64,000 bases of DNA from Lama glama (Eukaryota), in contig CM052816.1 of assembly GCA_028534125.1 (NCBI GenBank), positions 72,542,001 to 72,606,000 of the forward strand. The letters run 5' to 3'. Both the position numbers and the translations under genes were made by a program. This document shows, piece by piece, positions 38,578 through 52,025 of this stretch (position 1 is the first letter of the stretch; each line of letters begins with the position of its first letter). Below the pieces are notes generated by a model, which saw only the letters and a program-made list of their open reading frames with translations, had not been told where the DNA came from and searched no databases.

Positions 38578-40590
38578 TCCAGTACTTTGTTAAATAAAAG
38601 TGGTGAAAGCAAGCATCCTTATCTTGCTCTTAATCTTGGGAAAAAAGCTTTCAATCTTTCACCATTTAAATGATGTTTGCTATGGGTTTTTCATAGATGG
38701 CTTTTATTAGGTTGAGGTGGTTTCTTTCTATCCTAGTTTACTCAAGGTTTTTATCATGAAAGAGTGTTGGATTTTGTCAAATGCCTTTTCTTCATGAACT
38801 AAAATGACCTCGTGGGATTTTTCCTTCATTCTGTTACTGTGGTATATTACATTGAGTGATTTTCATATGTTGAAATAGTTCAGGAATAAATCCCACTTGG
38901 TCAGAGTATAATTCCTCTTAAAATGCTGCTGAGTTTGGTTTAATATTATGTTGTTGAGGATTTTTGCATAAATGTTCATACGGGATATTGATCTATAGTT
39001 TTCTTATAGTTTATGCTTTGTCTGCTTAGGTATCAGGGTAGGGCTAGACTCACGGAATGAGTTTTAAAATGTTCTGTCCTCTTCCTTTTTTTGGAAAAGT
39101 TTAAGAAGTATTGGTGTTGGTTGTTCTTTAAATGTTCGGGGGAATTCACCAGGGAAGGCATGAGGTCTAGGGCTTCTCTTTCCTGGGAAATTTAAAATTA
39201 CTGATTCAATTTTCTTACTAGTCTATTTTGATTTTTTGTTTCTTCATGACTTAAGTTTTGGGTTTCTAAGAATGTATCCTTTTTATTTAAGTTATCCAAT
39301 TTGTTGGCATACAATTGTTCATAGTACTCTCTTATAATGCTTTTTATGTCTGTAGAATCAGTAGTAATGTCCCCATCTTAGTTTCTGATTTTAGTCATTT
39401 AAACCTTTCACTTTTTCCTTTCTCCATATAGCTAAAGGTTTGTCAGTTTCGTTGATCTTGCCAAAGAACTAACGTTTGATTTAATTAATATTCTCTATTG
39501 TTACCTGTTCTCTACTTCCTTTATCTCTGCTCTAATCATTGTTATTCTTTCCTTCTGATAACTTTGAGCGTAGTTTGTTTTTCTTTTTCTAGTTCCTTAT
39601 TTTGTAAAGTTAGGTATAAATTTCCCCCTTAGCATTGCTTTCGCTGCGTCTCATAAGTTTCGGTAGTCTGTGTTTTTGTTTTCATTCATCTTAAGTATTT
39701 TCTAACTTCTTTTGTGATCTCTTGTTTGATCTATTGTTTATGAGTGTGTTGCTTAATTCCCACAAGTTTGTGAATTTTCCAGTTTTATTTCTTTTATTGC
39801 TTTCTAACTTCTGCCCGTGGTGGTCAGAGAAGATAGTATGTATGATATCCAACTTTTAAAACTTGCTGAGGATTAATCTGTGGCCTAGCATATGGTTTAT
39901 CCTGGAATATGTCCCCTGGGCACTTGAGAAGAATGTGTATGCTGTTGTCGTAGAGAATTGTTCTGTATGTGTATGTTAGATCAAGTCGGTTTATTGTATT
40001 AAATCCTTTGTTTTCTTACTTCCAGTTGTTCCATCCATTATTGAGAGTAAAATATTGAAGTCCCCAGCATTTATTGTAGGTCTGCTTCTCTCTTCAATTC
40101 TGTCAGTTTTTGCCTCATATATATTGATGGTCTGTCACTAGGTGTGTAAATGTTTATAATTGTCATGTCTCCTTACTGTATTGTACCTTCTATTAATATA
40201 TTATGTCCTTCTTTGTCTCATAACTTTTTTATTGAAGTGTAGTCAGTTTACAATGTTATGTTAATTTCTGGTGTGCAGCATAGTTTCATTTTATATATAT
40301 ATATATAATATATAATATATATAATACAGCTTATATATATAAAGGTATGGTTATCAGTGGGGAGCCAGGAAAGGGAGGTGGAGGGATAAATGGGGAATTT
40401 GAGATTTGCAGATACTAATTAAAATATATAAAATAGATAAACAACAAGATTCTACTTTATAGCACAGGGAGGTATATTCTTATAACTTTCTGATTTAAAA
40501 TCTATCCTGTGTGATATTAGTATAGCTAGCCTTACTCTCTTTTGGTTACTATTACACGGAATACTTTTCTCCATCCTTTCACCTTCAGTG
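38578..40590 (-). mobile_element. L1M ORF2-region fragment
   Basis: TCCAGTACTTTGTTAAATAAAAGTGGTGAAAG, GGTATCAGGGTA, GCACTTGAGAAGAATGTGTAT and CCATCCTTTCACCTTCA are typical antisense L1 ORF2; many stops. Confidence 0.88.
40225..40477 (-). mobile_element. Young, 5'-truncated and 5'-inverted L1 3'-end insertion (cetartiodactyl/camelid-like) nested in the older L1
   Basis: T-run plus ATTGAAGTGTAGTCAGTTTACAATGTT (antisense 3' end), an AT-rich spacer, then opposite-orientation TATGGTTATCAGTGGG...GAGATTTGCAGATAC...TATAGCACAGGGA. Flanked by TCTCATAACTTT / TCTTATAACTTT. Confidence 0.8.
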
Positions 40591-43500
40591 AATTTTCCAA
40601 GTTCACTTTGTATCAACTTTCTAAATTCTATTATTCTGAATCCTGTTATTAATTGCGATGGTTATAGAGTTGATACTTCTGGGTTTTCCGGGAGGTGATG
40701 TTATCAACTGAAAATACTACATATTGCAGACATGCTGGGTCTGAGTGTCTTGTTCTGACTTTAATAGCTCTAGTGTTTCACATTAAGCATGACATTGGCA
40801 GGTGCTTTCCAAATAGATAATCAGGTTGCCCGGTGCATAAGACACAGAGGGGCTGTGAAGTTGCTTGTAGTCAACTATTCTTTTCACTGCTCCTTACCAT
40901 TGCCTTCTTCAACACAGACAGATCTAGCTTTATTTCCTTACATGTGAAATGCATATTTACCATATTCTTCTATCCTAGTAAGGGGACTAAAATGTTTTAT
41001 ACCTTAAACCTTTAAGTTTCACTGAGAATTTTCCAATAGTTTTCCAAACTTCAAGTTGCCCATCTATCTTTTTTGTCTCATTTCACACGTGCTTGCCGTG
41101 CTGCCTGAAGGTTTTTAGTTTCATATTAATCTGCTGCTGCTGCCTGCAATTTGATCTTAAGCAGAGTATTAAAGGAAACAAGGAGCATTTAAAAAGATGC
41201 GTGATCTCTGTATGAACTGAACAACACTCATTATAACTAATGACACGACAGTTCTCATGAAATGAATTCATAATTGATATTCTCTGATGAGACCTCAAAG
41301 ATCAGATTCTTTTGAAGTTCAAGGCACTTCAAGACATCATGGACATCTAATGACATAGAGTCAAACATGATAGTAGTCCTATTTTCTAAGATGACTGAAA
41401 AAAACCCCACTCTTATTTAGCCCTGTGGATTTCAGCCTGAGATAGTTTCTCAATGAACAGACATGGAAACATGCCAAGGAGAGGTTATCCTTAACATTCA
41501 GGCCTGCCCTGGGTATGATACACAAGTGCCTAGAGTGGGTAGAGGTGGGATAGGATGATGGAGGAGGGGAAATGACCATAGGAAAGTAGATAGAGAAGAA
41601 TAGAGCCCAAATGGCTCCTATCTTATCTCCTCAATTTCATTCTCAGCAAATAATCGGTCCCTAATTTCTTCCATGATCAAAAACTGTAATAATTCATTCA
41701 GTGAATTCAGAAACAGAGCAATTAAACAATGAAAGAAATTTGTGCTAGCCACGGAAGTTGTTTCATGATCGAGTCACATCCTGAAACACATTTGCTAATT
41801 CTGTCTGTCTCTTATTACTTCACTCTTTCATAGCTTTCACACTGTCCTAATCTACAAGTTCTCACTTTTTTTCTAAGAAAGCTTTTTATGTAAGTCCACA
41901 TCCCAAATGACTTTAAATCAACAGCTAGAAGTAAAGTGAAGAAACTTGACTTTTTCTATTGCTGGCAACTTTTAAGTTAATAAATGGATAGAATATACAC
42001 ATTTTCTAAATTTTAAAAAATAATATATTTTTTAAGAATTTGAATGAATGAAAATGGCCTAAAAGCTGTACCTAGAACAACCAGTGAACAATTTGTGATC
42101 CTATTTAGACATTTCTTTGTTCTATTTCAAAAAGTTGTTTTTCAGTAATTCTGTCATATTAGTTTAACACAGACATTGAAACTGAGAAAAATTCTGACAA
42201 AAATAACTGCCTGGTCATGATTAAGATTAAGCTGAAACAGAACAAATGGAAGGATTGGCTAGAAGAAAAGAGAAAGTGACTGAAACTCAGCATAACATTT
42301 TAGATGGTATATTTTTAAATTATTATAAAATTTAAAATTTATGTTAAAATATACATTGTCACACTCATGCCTGAAAATAGAGGGATTGGAGAAGCAGGCA
42401 GAATGGGAGAAAAGTAGGGAACATCTTTAGTCTAATAAAGAGAAGCTGCCTGAGTGATCGGGCCTTTCTTAGGAAGAATTGTGCTTTAGGCAGTGTTGGT
42501 TTTTATCCATCCTTTTGGCCTCCTTCTTCGCTTGGCACCTGGTATCCTCATCTGACCTCTTGGATTTCCAAAGTCCCTACTTTGATAGATCAGAGCACGT
42601 ACTGTTCGTGTTTCCTCTGCTTCTTACCATTGAAATCTGGCCACCTATACTTATTTCTTAAGGTTCTGCCTTTTGATTAGTTGAAAACAGATGGTGTCTG
42701 AGTCAGGGTGGAGCTCCCTGAACACGGAGATTTAGCATAGACTATGGTAAGTGGAATGGGAAGGGGAGCCTTACAGAATTAGAACCCAGCTGGGCCTACG
42801 GGCTTCTTGTTTCTGCTTCTCTCAACTTTTGTCTCTGTTCTCTGCTTCCTTTCTCAGCCTCCATTAACCTTTCATGAGAGCATCCAGTTGTCTTCCTCAG
42901 GCATTATCCTTGCCTTTCCTATTGCTAACTGGCTTCATCACTGTTCAGTTTTTTAGGAAAGTACCTTAGTGGGCCCCACTCATTTTTTTTGTGCTAGGCC
43001 GTTGATCACCAGCTTGTCACAGATTCCTTCCCTGAGGTACCCACTCCTCTCCCCCTAAAATGTGTCTGTAGCAACAGGAACCCACAAGATCAGAGACTCT
43101 TGGCAGGGCAGGAATTCCTTTAAAGAGGCTGTGGGCAGGAAGGTAATGCTTGTATCTGGAACAGATGTCTGGGGACATTTGGGAGTCCTGAAGCTCTTCA
43201 GATTTCAGGGCTGCCCTGCTGAGTGACTGGTGAGTTTGGCAGCAAGTCTTGCTTCCTTTAGCTAATCCAGTGTGTTTGGAAGACACCAAGGGAATAAGAA
43301 GACTCTCAGAATGCTTTCTTCAGCATCAGCAGCAAGCTGTAAGTTTCATTTGAGAATACTTTCCCCCATCTGAAATGGTGATTACATTCTGCTGAGATTC
43401 CAAGACATCTTGGCATCCTGGTGAGGCGTAGGTGAAGACTGACCAACACGCACGCCCCTTAGTGTGTTTTACTGATTACATAACATAAAAAGATAGGTCA

Positions 43501-43896
43501 GTTCTGGTGAGGTTTCCGTAACACACTTTTCTCTCAGTATTGGCCGCTGGAAGACCTGCTCGCATGTGTATTGATGTGAGTGGCCTTGGGAAAGAAGACA
43601 TCCCATCCTCTGCTTAAGAAGCTCCGAGACAATAAACAAGGACAAGTGTAAGGAGGTCAGCTGTTTGTCCCTAGGTGCAAGGCTTCATCTGAAAAACCCC
43701 AAGCAGCTGATTACCCTGGGATACACAGAACGTAGCCTCTTTCTCTGCTTCTCTCCTTCAAGTCCACGTGTATCCTCCCCCACCCCCACAGGTTCCCGTC
43801 TAGTCATGAAATTGATCATCCATAGTCAAACTTTACTTTCTTATGTACATCTAGCTTTACAGTGAATTTTCTGCACGCAGAGCCAGCGTCTCCCCC

Positions 43897-43904
43897 TTTT
43901 TATA
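43897..43904 (-). promoter_or_regulatory. Candidate TATA box oriented away from HCN1 (divergent direction)
   Basis: Minus strand TATAAAAAGGGGG fits TATAWAWR. A CA dinucleotide lies about 32 nt downstream (43873-43872). Located at the upstream edge of the CpG island. Confidence 0.35.
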
Positions 43905-44296
43905 TCTGTAACATCATTCAAACAGGCGTTCAGACAATGTGACAAGGTCTCAATGAGTTCAGGGATGTTTGTTTCTCTTGGATGAACATACAGCCGGTAG
44001 CTCAGTCTTTGTCTTTCTGTCTCTCTCTCCTTTTTCGTGCAAACATACACCGAGTCTCTCGCAAAATGTACAAATAAATGTGTCCGAGGGCTCCCCAGTT
44101 CAATGTCACGCTGGGCAGAAGTGGAGCAAGAGTGGAGGGAGAGCGTGCCGTGTGCGGGCGGGGAGAGTCCCTTTCCGGCCAGCAGAGGGCAGCCGAGGGG
44201 AGGCGCTGGCGCGCGAGGGCTGAGCGGAGCCTCGCCTCGCTCGGGCAGCCTCAGCCTCAGCACCAGCCGCGCCGGAGCCCGGAGCGCAGCCACTGA

Positions 44297-44917
<621 letters not shown>

Positions 44918-46197
44918 TGAGGACTCCCTGTCGCCGCCCCACCCTCCCTTCCGGGCGCGCCCTCAAACGCGCTTCCCCGCTCCTGGGAGGGGGCGCCCCG
45001 CGGCTCGCGGGGAGGGGGTGCGGGGCGCGCGGCGGGTGGCGCTGCCGGAGGCTTCTACTCCGGCGGCGGGCTCGACTCTTCTCCAACTAGTTTCCACCCA
45101 GGATGGGCTGGCTGATGAGTTCCTGTTGCCCGGGAACCCGAGGGAGGTTCTCTTCCTTTGCCTTGGGAACTTTGGGGCCAGATCGGGAAAGAAGGCCATG
45201 GTGACCTCCGAATGGAAGGATGCTAAGTTATGCGGGGAAACTTTTACTTCGGTGATGAGAGTGTTACGGAAGTGGCCAGAAAGTCGTCTTGGGGGTGCCA
45301 CCCTTCCTCGCATTGCTCCCCCAAGAAGTGGGTCCCTTCCAAAGGGGAAAAAAGGCGCTCCTGGGGTGAGGTGAGGATGGGACGACCGGAGACAGTGACT
45401 CACAGGTCCTAGCCGTTCCAGCCTCTGTCGTCCCTGGGGAGTGTTAATCTGTTTTTCATCTGTTTATAGGCACTGGGTATCCTCAGTGCATTTCTTCAGA
45501 ATAGTGGCTGGCAGGCTGAGGAAGGGTAATTTGCGCTTGGATAGTCCCAGACTTGAGATTTAAGTGGAGCTGGCGCTGCCAGGTGAGGCAGGAGCGTGAC
45601 AGGAAGCCTCAAGTTCCTGAAACGGAGACAGGGGGCGTTTCCAGAGCCCCCTTCCTGAAACAGAGGGACACCGTTTCTTGACCTTGGCTGTAGTCTATTT
45701 CAGAAATCTCTTTTCAGTTTTCCAGCTCAGAAACAAGGGCAGGAGAGCTGTCAGGGAAACTCTGCTTCGGCGAATTAAAATTAAGACGTTTCCTGATCTT
45801 ATTTGTCGCCCAAATATTCATTCGGTTATAAATAAGCATGTTCAGAGATTATCAAGTGAAGGTCGTGAAGTAGATCCTCTTATTAGCGTTCGAACACCCT
45901 GCACTCACGTTATATTAGCGCCTGAATAAGGTTGGGCTTTTAATTAAACACACACACACACAGAGGCACACACACAGGCGCGCGCACCCCTCCCCCCCAC
46001 CTCTCAGGGTGGATTTATCCGTTTATTTAGCTTAACTAGTTCGAAAAAGAAAAAGAACCAACAAAAAGAGTATTGTGCAAACTAAGCAGTTTTAATAGGC
46101 GGCTATGAAACAGTAAACATACTTAGCAATAAAAAAGCATTGTTTTGAATTATGTTTAGAAACTAAGGAAAATTGCCTTAAACTCCACGCCTTAATG

Positions 46198-46218
46198 GGA
46201 GCTGTCCACAGTACTGAA
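46198..46218 (-). promoter_or_regulatory. RE1/NRSE (REST/NRSF binding site) in HCN1 intron 1
   Basis: Minus strand reads TTCAGTACTGTGGACAGCTCC versus consensus TTCAGCACCACGGACAGCGCC. Both half-sites are present with canonical 2-nt spacing. Rodent Hcn1 is known to be REST-repressed through an intron-1 NRSE. Confidence 0.82.
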
Positions 46219-49200
46219 TGACATTAGCTGTAGAAAAACCCACACCCCTTCCACACGAAACCTTGGAGCAACTGTCATCACCTTCTCTGAGATATATATA
46301 CACATACATATAAGTACTTCCATTATTTATGCATCGAGTGAATGGATTTTAGGAAGTGTGTAATTTTAAGGCTCTTATTTGCAAAAACACATGGCAAAGT
46401 CCAATGGAGGACTTACAAAAACTAACATCATTTATAGTCCATGGAAAATAAAGAGTTTGACTGAAAGAACGTTCATATTAAAAGTATCTACTAAATGATC
46501 AAACGTATTTCCTCCATTAGAAAGATACTTACAGAAGTAAACTTATGAATGACCTTGTTCTAATATTGTCATGTTCTTTAGAATTTTAAAGGTTGAAACC
46601 AAATGTTGAATACTATCTCTACCTCAATCTTCAATGGAAGTATATTGCAATCCATATTACAGTTTTTTTCATGAAAAAGAAAACTTTACATGGAAACAGA
46701 CTTCAGTTTTAATAACAAAAGTAAGCATGGTCTTTCCAGAAATATATGTGGTTCAATATTTACATGCAAATAAGATACTAAACTTTGTTTATTTAATTTC
46801 ACACTCAATTAAATGGTTACTTACATATGATACTTTTATTTCTTGAACAATGTGAAAAAAGACTATACTTTTTCAAAATGGTGACATAGATCAAATAATT
46901 AAACTTTTGTCACTTACTAGATAAAAACATAGGGCCACCTTTCAGGAATTGGAATAGTGTGCCAAAATCTTTTGAATGAATGAAATTCATGAAATGAAAG
47001 CTTCTCCACATTTTTCCCAAGTAATTCATATGAGACAAAATATCTCTTTTAAAATGAAAAATTACTACTAAACGAGAAGAAATTGAAATCAATAGATAGT
47101 TCAATTTTATCATGCATTTCAAAGAAATGAGAGATGATTAAAAAGTGAGCTAAAACTCTAAACAAACTCCAGTATGGAGTAGTAGTTTGGAATATTTGAT
47201 ATTCCCTTTCATAATTGGAAAAAGAAAATGACAGATATAAATTAAACAACTGCTATGATTTAGATTTTTAACTGGAAGGAATTTGAAAAAAAATTTTTGA
47301 AATGCACAATTACTATTTACACCAGTTTTCTAAAACAGCAAACTAAAGAAATAATATAAATACTTGCTTGCATATGTTGATATTTAAGTCTTATTATATC
47401 ATTAATGTTTTTGTATGATCTCAATACCAATATAAGATTTCCCAAAATCTATGACATGCCAGGATAATGTAATGCAAAAAAGCAAAAATAAGAAAGACAA
47501 CAATTCTGGCAGTCTATTTTTCCCTGAAGGAAAAGCAGTATGAGAGTAATCACCCAGATGATAGAAATGTTATGGTCGTGATCTGTTTACCTTGGACCCT
47601 TTCCTGATGAAGACACTTTAAGGGAAGTGCTTACAATGCCAAACTTATGTTCAGTAATGATTTAGTGACTTGGAAAGTGACGCTTAAGAATATACTTCCA
47701 TGGAGGATGGGGGATATACCAGAAATTAAAGATACCCAGGTTTTTTGTTATTGTTGTTGTTACTGTTTTTTTTCCCTTCACTACCCTAAGCCTTTGCATG
47801 ACCAGGGAAGTTTGGTCGGTCAGCTCTTTGGTTAGCCCCACACTGCTGAGCATAGCCGGCCCTGCCGCTCCAGGGCACGTCAGGACTGTAACACTGCGGC
47901 TAATGATCTAGTGTCCCTTCTCAGGGTGATTGATTTCTGAGGCAGGCTGTTCTGCCCCTGAGACTCCCAGAGAGCTAGCTCGGTGCCTGTCTCGCCGGCC
48001 TGGGCCCCGGAGTGCTGTTGCTGTGTCTGGCAGGTAGTTTTCTCCTACATCCGGTGTAAGTAGGGCAGAGGCGCTGTATTTCCCTTCCTCCTCAGGGGAG
48101 GATGATGTTAGAAACCTTCAGGGACCGAAGAGGAGTCAAATACTATCAGTGCTCTTGGAAATAACTGGGTGAATGCTGCAGAATTGAGTAAAAATATCAT
48201 ATGCTTTTGTTTATACCATGGTATATAGTCACCCAAACTAGGGAAAATATAGTTACTTAAAAAGTAAACTTACACTGATTTTTCTGTGGGGAGGACATGG
48301 TCTTGGTCCTACTGAGTTCCCTGTGAACAACATACCCACACAAATATTTAATTGAAGGTTAAATATGATTTTGAGGTTACTAACAGTGATTATATGTTTA
48401 TTAGTTAAAACTGTACTTTTCATTCATTTAACAATTAAAAAAAAATGACCCTGGCCAAACACTGCTTTCATAGCCAGTCCTTCACTATGATATAATCACG
48501 CAAATGAACTGAGAGACTACTTGGAAGACTTCTGTGGATGGTTATTATTGTGTGAGTAATTTATCTTAGAAAAATTTATTAACAAACTATTTGCCGTTTC
48601 AGGGATTCTGACGTTATTTTGTTGGATCATGCTTACATAAGTGCTTTTTTAAAAATAATGTTCCTATTCCATATATATTGCCAGCCAACATCTTGCCTCT
48701 GGTAAGGGAGAAGATTTTATATCTTGACTCATTATTTCTTCCACTGCTTTTCATCAATTAGTGTGAGTAACTGTGAAAAGCTTATTGTGTCGTAAGGATA
48801 CAAGGACCCTAGAGACCGAAGTCACGTCCCGAAGATGCTGCTGGTCCTGGCCTGCTGCCTCTGCCTCATGTTGCAGCCACGACTGTGCTGATGTCAGAGG
48901 TCACTGATGTGTTCATTAGTGAGGGGAGGCTTCCTTCATATTACAGTCAGTCAGAGAGAGACCGCTTGTTTCTAGGAGCTTCTCATGAGAAAACAATTCA
49001 GCCTTCTGGGGTTTAAGGACTAATTAGCCTACTGTTGTGTTATCTTTGTGCTGAATGCACTCTGTATTCTCCCAGCAATGCTCCTTTTCTTTGCTTTCCG
49101 TATTAAAGACAGCCAAAATTAACCATAAGAATTTATTTTTTTCTCTGTTAGGCGAACCTGTTTATATCTTTTAAATTCAATTAAGTTCTTATTGGTTTAG

Positions 49201-50256
49201 CAATTGTTAGGCCCAATTAAAGTGGAATAATTGGAAAGATTTGGAAGTACGAATTTATTAAATTATTTTTTCTTAGTATATGTGTAAGTTATAAAGCTTC
49301 AAATTTTATTAAATATTTCATTAGTTAATTGCACTTAATAAATATAGTGATTATACTATCAAAATATTATAGGATGTTTTCCATTTTTTTTCCTGAGCAA
49401 CTTTGCCTTTAAACCTGCTTTTGGGGACTTGGTGTAAATTAAGAGTCTTTGGGCAAAAACACTTTTACCAATTCATATTTAATTATGTGGACTTGTATTT
49501 ACAAATTTGTATGTTGAATAATAATGAAAGAATTTTAAATACATAGGAACCATGTATTATTTATCTTTGTTATTGTAGGCTCACTTAACGGAATTTAATT
49601 AAACTGTATCTGCTTGATACAAAACCGCAAACCAAAATATCACCAAAATATCACCAGAAAACAATTTCAGTAGTATTTGTTATTCTGCATTATTGCACTC
49701 AATGAACCTGTGTCCCAAAGTGAGTATAAAGCAAGCAAAATATATCTGTGGTTTTTATATGAGCACTTTGCCATTCTGAGTATTATTCTTCAGATAATTT
49801 ACTTAACTACTTGGAGACAAAAATTGGGCTTAGGATGAGGACTTTGAAATAGAGTTTTTTGAAAGTATAGTACAAGTTATGGCAGACTGTTAGCACTGCA
49901 TGAGGAGTGCTGAACATGTTCGGGGTCTGTGATAAATTTTCATTTTGTCATTTTGGGTACAGAAGTAGCAAACCATGAATTAGGCTGACACCATATATTT
50001 TAGGAGCAGAGGTAGTGGTAATGAAGAAAAAAATCTGCATGCACTAGTTAAAAAGACTGTTTTCACTTACACTAAGTACTTCCCTCCTAAAAATAATTTT
50101 CTTTGTGAAGGCATCTTGATGTACAACTTAACATTTTTTTTTCCAGAAAAAAATAATCAAGGAAAATGGTGATGCTCCCTGGTTCATCCTGGAATTTTCT
50201 GTTTTTGCAAAATAAACCTTCCTGGCTCTATTCTGTGTATGTTTGTGTGTCTGTGT

Positions 50257-50290
<34 letters not shown>
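50257..50290. repeat. (GA)n microsatellite preceded by degenerate (TG)n
   Basis: GAGAGAGAGACAGAGAGA... run. Confidence 0.9.
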
Positions 50291-50949
50291 AACTATTCAA
50301 GGGACATCTGTATACAAGGGACATATGATAATTGCTCATTTATCTGACACATTTCACCGAAGTTTGAGTGATAAAAATTCATTTCATGACCCTTTTCAAT
50401 TTTATTTGTTACTTTTCTCATAATATTCTTCAACCATTTCACCTAAGAAATAACTACTCAGTTAAAGCAAAGTAGTATAATTATGCATGCTTTAGATTTA
50501 CAATTTGACCATCTTATTTACATAGACCTGGTTTTTGTTTTCAAGATGTTAATTATAACTCTAAAGAAGTAAGGCCAAGTACACACACATAGAGTTAGCA
50601 ACTGTTTACAGATTTTGAACGTTCAGGGTTGCTTCCGGTATTTCAGTATTATAAACAGTGCTGCTGCAAACGTTACTCTTCATTATATTCTGAGCAGAGA
50701 GTAGGGAATAGAAATACTGGCTATGAACATTTTGGAGATTCTGTACATATTGATTTTACCAATTAATACTGCCACCAGCTGAGACACTTGTTAAAATTAT
50801 AAGTGATGTTGGTTCACTAAGGTTGATGTTCCTGTTTAGATATACACAGGGAGTTTTAGAATAGGAAGTCAAAACTGTCCTTCATTCTTTTCGTCACAGA
50901 GGACATAGAGCAGCAAGTCTGATCTTATATTATGTTATCTAATGTCTAG

Positions 50950-51430
50950 TAATGTTATCACACTGATTAAAACCCTTTAAGGGCTTCCCACGACTCTTAG
51001 AATACATTTGATAGACCCTACGTGAGCTCCAAGAGCTTGCATAGCTTCAGTCTGTCTGTGCACCATTATCACACACCACTCACTCCCTCAGTTTTCAGCT
51101 ACCTGGGTGAATTTTCCGCTCCTAGGATCTGCTAAGTTCTCTCCTAGCACAGAGATTTTGATGTGACATTTAACTCCACTGCTTGCAACTCTCTTTTCAC
51201 TTTTCATCATCCTGCATCATATCTTATTTCTCCTGGTCAGTTGGATTTCAGTTTAATCATGGTGATCACCTTCACCACCTCCACCTCCATTTTATTTTCT
51301 GTCTGGGCCTCCTGTTTCATCAAAATTTATAATTATATTTTATGTATGTCCCTCCACTAGAATTTAGGCTCCATGACTTCATTAATAGTATTCAGTTTTA
51401 TATTCCTAATGCCTTAAAAAATGCACATAA
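50950..51430 (+). mobile_element. L2 fragment
   Basis: AAAACCCTTTAAGGGCTTCCCACGACTCTTAGAATA and TCCCTCCACTAGAATTTAGGCTCCATGA. Confidence 0.65.
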
Positions 51431-51465
51431 TAGATTTTCTTCCTAGCAAGCTTTCTCAGAGGCTT

Positions 51466-52025
51466 TATTTTTTAACAGGTTTTTTTGAGGTATCATTCAC
51501 CTACTATACAGTTCACTCATTGGAAGGGTATGATTGAATATTCTCTAGTATGTTCACAGAGTTGTGCAACCATTACCACAATCAATTTTAGAAAATCTTA
51601 TCGAGAAGGAACCTCAGACCCATTAGCACTCGTTTCTGTCTTTCCCTCCTCCCTCCATGGCTCTGTCCAACCACTAATCTATTTTTTGCCTCCATAAATC
51701 TTTTTTTTATTCTGGACATTTCATATCAATGGAATCATACAATATGTGGTCTTTTGTTACTGGCCTCTTTCACTTACCATTAATGTTTTCAAGTTTCCTC
51801 TGTATGGTAGCATGTTTCAGTACTCTATTTCTGTTCTGCTGAATGCCATTCCGTTGTATGGATATACCAAATTTTATTTATCCATCCTTCAATTGATGGA
51901 TGTCTGGATTGTTTCTAGCTTTTGGCCTTAATGAATGCTGCTGGAATGAACATTGCTATACCATTTTTTGTGTGTGTGCAGAGATGTATTTTCATTTCTC
52001 TTAGAAGTGAAATTGCTGGGTCAAC
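51466..52025 (-). mobile_element. L1MB-like 3' end
   Basis: TTTTTTGAGGTATCATTCAC...TTCACAGAGTTGTGCAACCATTACCACAATCAATTTTAGAA...AATGGAATCATACAATATGTGGTCTTTTG...GAAGTGAAATTGCTGGGTCA. Confidence 0.85.

Noticed and set aside
44257..44264. TCAGCACC RE1 left half-site in the HCN1 promoter/leader
   Set aside because: No GGACAG right half-site at a usable spacing.
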